From Oscillospiraceae bacterium (GTDB taxonomy: Bacteria > Bacillota > Clostridia > Oscillospirales > CAG-272), in assembly GCA_015064725.1 (NCBI GenBank), contig SVRQ01000010.1:674-64673 (forward strand): a stretch of 64,000 nt of DNA, in the 5' to 3' direction. Both the position numbers and the translations under genes were made by a program. Below, piece after piece: positions 62,076 through 64,000 of the stretch; positions within the stretch are counted from its first letter, which is position 1, and every line of letters begins with the position of its first letter. A model generated the notes under the pieces. That model was not told where the DNA came from and did no database searches. It saw nothing but the letters and a program-made list of their open reading frames with translations.

Positions 62076-63475
62076 GTTTTACAGAAACCGTTTTACAAAA
62101 GGCGCGCGAAGCAATTGAAAAATTCGCTCTTATCGAGAATGGCGACCGTATTCTCGTCGGCTTTTCCGGCGGGGCGGATTCCACCGTTCTGCTCTGCGTA
62201 ATGCACAGCCTTTTTTCGGAAAGAGTTTGCGCCTTCCACGTAAACCATATGCTGCGCGGTGCGGACGCCGATGCAGACGAGGAGTTTTGCCGCGAATTTT
62301 GCAAAAGCAGAAATATCCCCTTTTCCGGTGTTCGCATAGACGTTGCCGCGCTCTCGCACGGCACGGGCGTGGAGGAAGCGGCAAGAAACGCACGATACGC
62401 CGCGCTCGACGCAGAATGTAAAAGGATAGATGCACGAAAGATAGCTCTCGCGCACACCGCATCCGACAATATTGAAACCGTGATCTTCAACCTTTCGCGC
62501 GGGGCTTCCCTTTCGGGGCTGCGCGGCATACCTCCAAAGCGTGCGCAGGGAGAGTTTGAAGTAATACGCCCCCTCATACTCTGCACGCGAGAGGAGATAG
62601 AGGGGTACGCAAGCGAAAATTCGCTTGCCTACTGCACGGACAAAACAAACAGCGACACGGACTACACGCGCAATTTCATACGGCACAAAATTATTCCTCT
62701 CATAAAGGAAATAAATCCGAATGCCGAGGCAAGAGTGTCCTCCGCAGGCGAAAAGCTTTCGCGCGACGAAAGCTTTATTGCAGACGCGGCAAAAAGCTTT
62801 ATAGTAAAAAACAACGTATCAAACACTTGCGGAATACGTGCCTTAAAAGAGCTTCACCCTGCCCTGCGCTCCCGTGTTATAGCACATATGTACGGCACGG
62901 TATGCGGCGAAATGCTCGAATCCAAGCATTTTGAAAGCATCGATGAGCTTCTTGAAAGCGGCAAAAACGGCGCACGCATTATGATGCCGAAGGACGTTTG
63001 CGCCATCATTTCGGATGGGGAGCTTTCGTTCGTTCACGAAAAAGAATACGCACGCCTTTTCGAGAAGAAAGTTTTTTCGCAAAAGGTTGCCCTCGGTGTT
63101 TCGCATTTTGACGGTTTTTCACTTGTGCTTTGCCAAAAGGGCTCGGCAAAAGGAGATATCGTTTCCTCGCTTTCGGAAAAAGCAAGCCTTCGCGCAAAGG
63201 CCTATATACCCGAAAGCACCGCACTCTCACTTACTGTCCGCACAAGAGAAAGCGGAGAAAAATACGTTTTCGGCGGAATGACAAGAACACTCAAAAAGCT
63301 CCTTTCCGGAGAAAGCGAAAAAGCAAAAAAAATACGTCCCGTATTTTGTGATGAGCAAGGGGTAGTTTGGCTTCCACCCTTCCGCATACGCGATGACGTG
63401 TATAACAATAGAGAGACGACAGTTTATGAACTTAACTATTTTGAATATCAACAAAAGGATGACAGCTATGAATAA
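62072..63475 (+). CDS. tilS: tRNA(Ile)-lysidine synthetase
   Basis: 467 aa. PP-loop VGFSGGADSTVLL and the HxxD/N-type ATP-pyrophosphatase core. ATGA overlap with dnaB. Confidence 0.88.
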   Translation: MSFTETVLQKAREAIEKFALIENGDRILVGFSGGADSTVLLCVMHSLFSERVCAFHVNHMLRGADADADEEFCREFCKSRNIPFSGVRIDVAALSHGTGVEEAARNARYAALDAECKRIDARKIALAHTASDNIETVIFNLSRGASLSGLRGIPPKRAQGEFEVIRPLILCTREEIEGYASENSLAYCTDKTNSDTDYTRNFIRHKIIPLIKEINPNAEARVSSAGEKLSRDESFIADAAKSFIVKNNVSNTCGIRALKELHPALRSRVIAHMYGTVCGEMLESKHFESIDELLESGKNGARIMMPKDVCAIISDGELSFVHEKEYARLFEKKVFSQKVALGVSHFDGFSLVLCQKGSAKGDIVSSLSEKASLRAKAYIPESTALSLTVRTRESGEKYVFGGMTRTLKKLLSGESEKAKKIRPVFCDEQGVVWLPPFRIRDDVYNNRETTVYELNYFEYQQKDDSYE

Positions 63476-64000
63476 TAATATGCAAAATGACGTTGAATCC
63501 GTTCTTCTTTCCGAAGAGCAGATAGACGAAATAACATCAAAGCTCGGCAAGCAGATAACAGAGGACAATAAAAGCTCCAAAAAGCTCGTTCTTATCTGCA
63601 TTCTCAAAGGCTCCGTTGTGTTTTATGCGGACCTTATGAGAAAGATCTCTATTCCCTGTTCGCTTGAATTTATGCGCGTTTCCTCCTATAAAGGTACGGA
63701 AACCACGCATCAGATAACGATGCTTCTCGACGTTGAGAAAAAAGCTGTCGAAGGCGCGGACGTTATTATCGTTGAGGATATTATAGACAGCGGCAATACG
63801 CTCTCCCACCTCAAAAATTACATCGCATCCAAGGGTGCTGCAAGCGTTAAGACCTGCACGCTTCTTGACAAGCCCTCCCGCAGAGTGGTAAATCTCACGC
63901 CGGATTACGTCGGCGCGGAGATCCCCGATGAGTTCGTTATCGGATACGGACTTGACTATAACGAAAGATACCGTAATCTTCCCTACGTGGGCATCCTCAA
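63468..64000 (+). CDS. hpt: hypoxanthine phosphoribosyltransferase (3' end off window)
   Basis: Not in the ORF track (no stop in the window). Hand translation from ATG 63468 gives MNNNMQNDVESVLLSEEQIDEITSKLGKQI...LKGSVVFYADLMRKI...VIIVEDIIDSGNTLSHL...LLDKPSRR...FVIGYGLDYNERYRNLPYVGIL. PRPP-binding motif is present. It overlaps the tilS stop. Confidence 0.88.
   Translation, partial: MNNNMQNDVESVLLSEEQIDEITSKLGKQITEDNKSSKKLVLICILKGSVVFYADLMRKISIPCSLEFMRVSSYKGTETTHQITMLLDVEKKAVEGADVIIVEDIIDSGNTLSHLKNYIASKGAASVKTCTLLDKPSRRVVNLTPDYVGAEIPDEFVIGYGLDYNERYRNLPYVGIL

Overview
The window looks like a chromosomal segment of a spore-forming anaerobic Firmicute (Clostridia-like), dense with mostly housekeeping operons. 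All family calls come from motifs I could read in the supplied translations or in hand translations. No searches were run, and hairpin and promoter coordinates were counted by hand.

Content from left to right:
- pnuC-like fragment and a GH36 alpha-galactosidase
- ADP-ribosylglycohydrolase
- PadR-DUF1700-DUF4097 operon
- HAD-IIA phosphatase
- Lysine operon dapA-dapB-lysA-lysC behind a lysine (L-box) riboswitch
- rlmI-like methyltransferase and wecB
- Ten-gene Mrp-like cation/proton antiporter cluster (E-F-G-DUF4040-B-C-D-D-D-A/NuoL-like), divergently promoted from a complete rnfCDGEAB operon
- NusG_II and Gx-transporter genes
- Secreted metallophosphoesterase lipoprotein and a YbiR-like permease
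- Internally duplicated lipoprotein followed by the ApbE flavin transferase
- GH43 hydrolase
- Flotillin behind a structured, terminator-containing leader
- Membrane-anchored PstS-like protein
- tig-clpP-clpX
- Metallophosphoesterase and a DUF1540 protein
- trmL-secA, two unknown membrane proteins, then lepB-ylqF-rnhB-yraN
- pdaA plus a second deacetylase
- IS200-type relic and an XhlA-holin pair behind a LexA box
- radA and cwlD
- Xer-type recombinase, rplI, dnaB, tilS and an hpt fragment

No rRNA, tRNA or CRISPR array was seen.

The most interesting candidates:
1. The Rnf / expanded-Mrp supercluster, with four antiporter-like subunits.
2. An extended flavinylation module: a two-domain RnfG, and a duplicated FMN_bind-like lipoprotein with an AGCT motif next to ApbE.
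3. An SOS-box-driven XhlA-holin cassette with no endolysin.
4. Two paralogous unknown membrane proteins between secA and lepB.
5. The attenuator-like flotillin leader.
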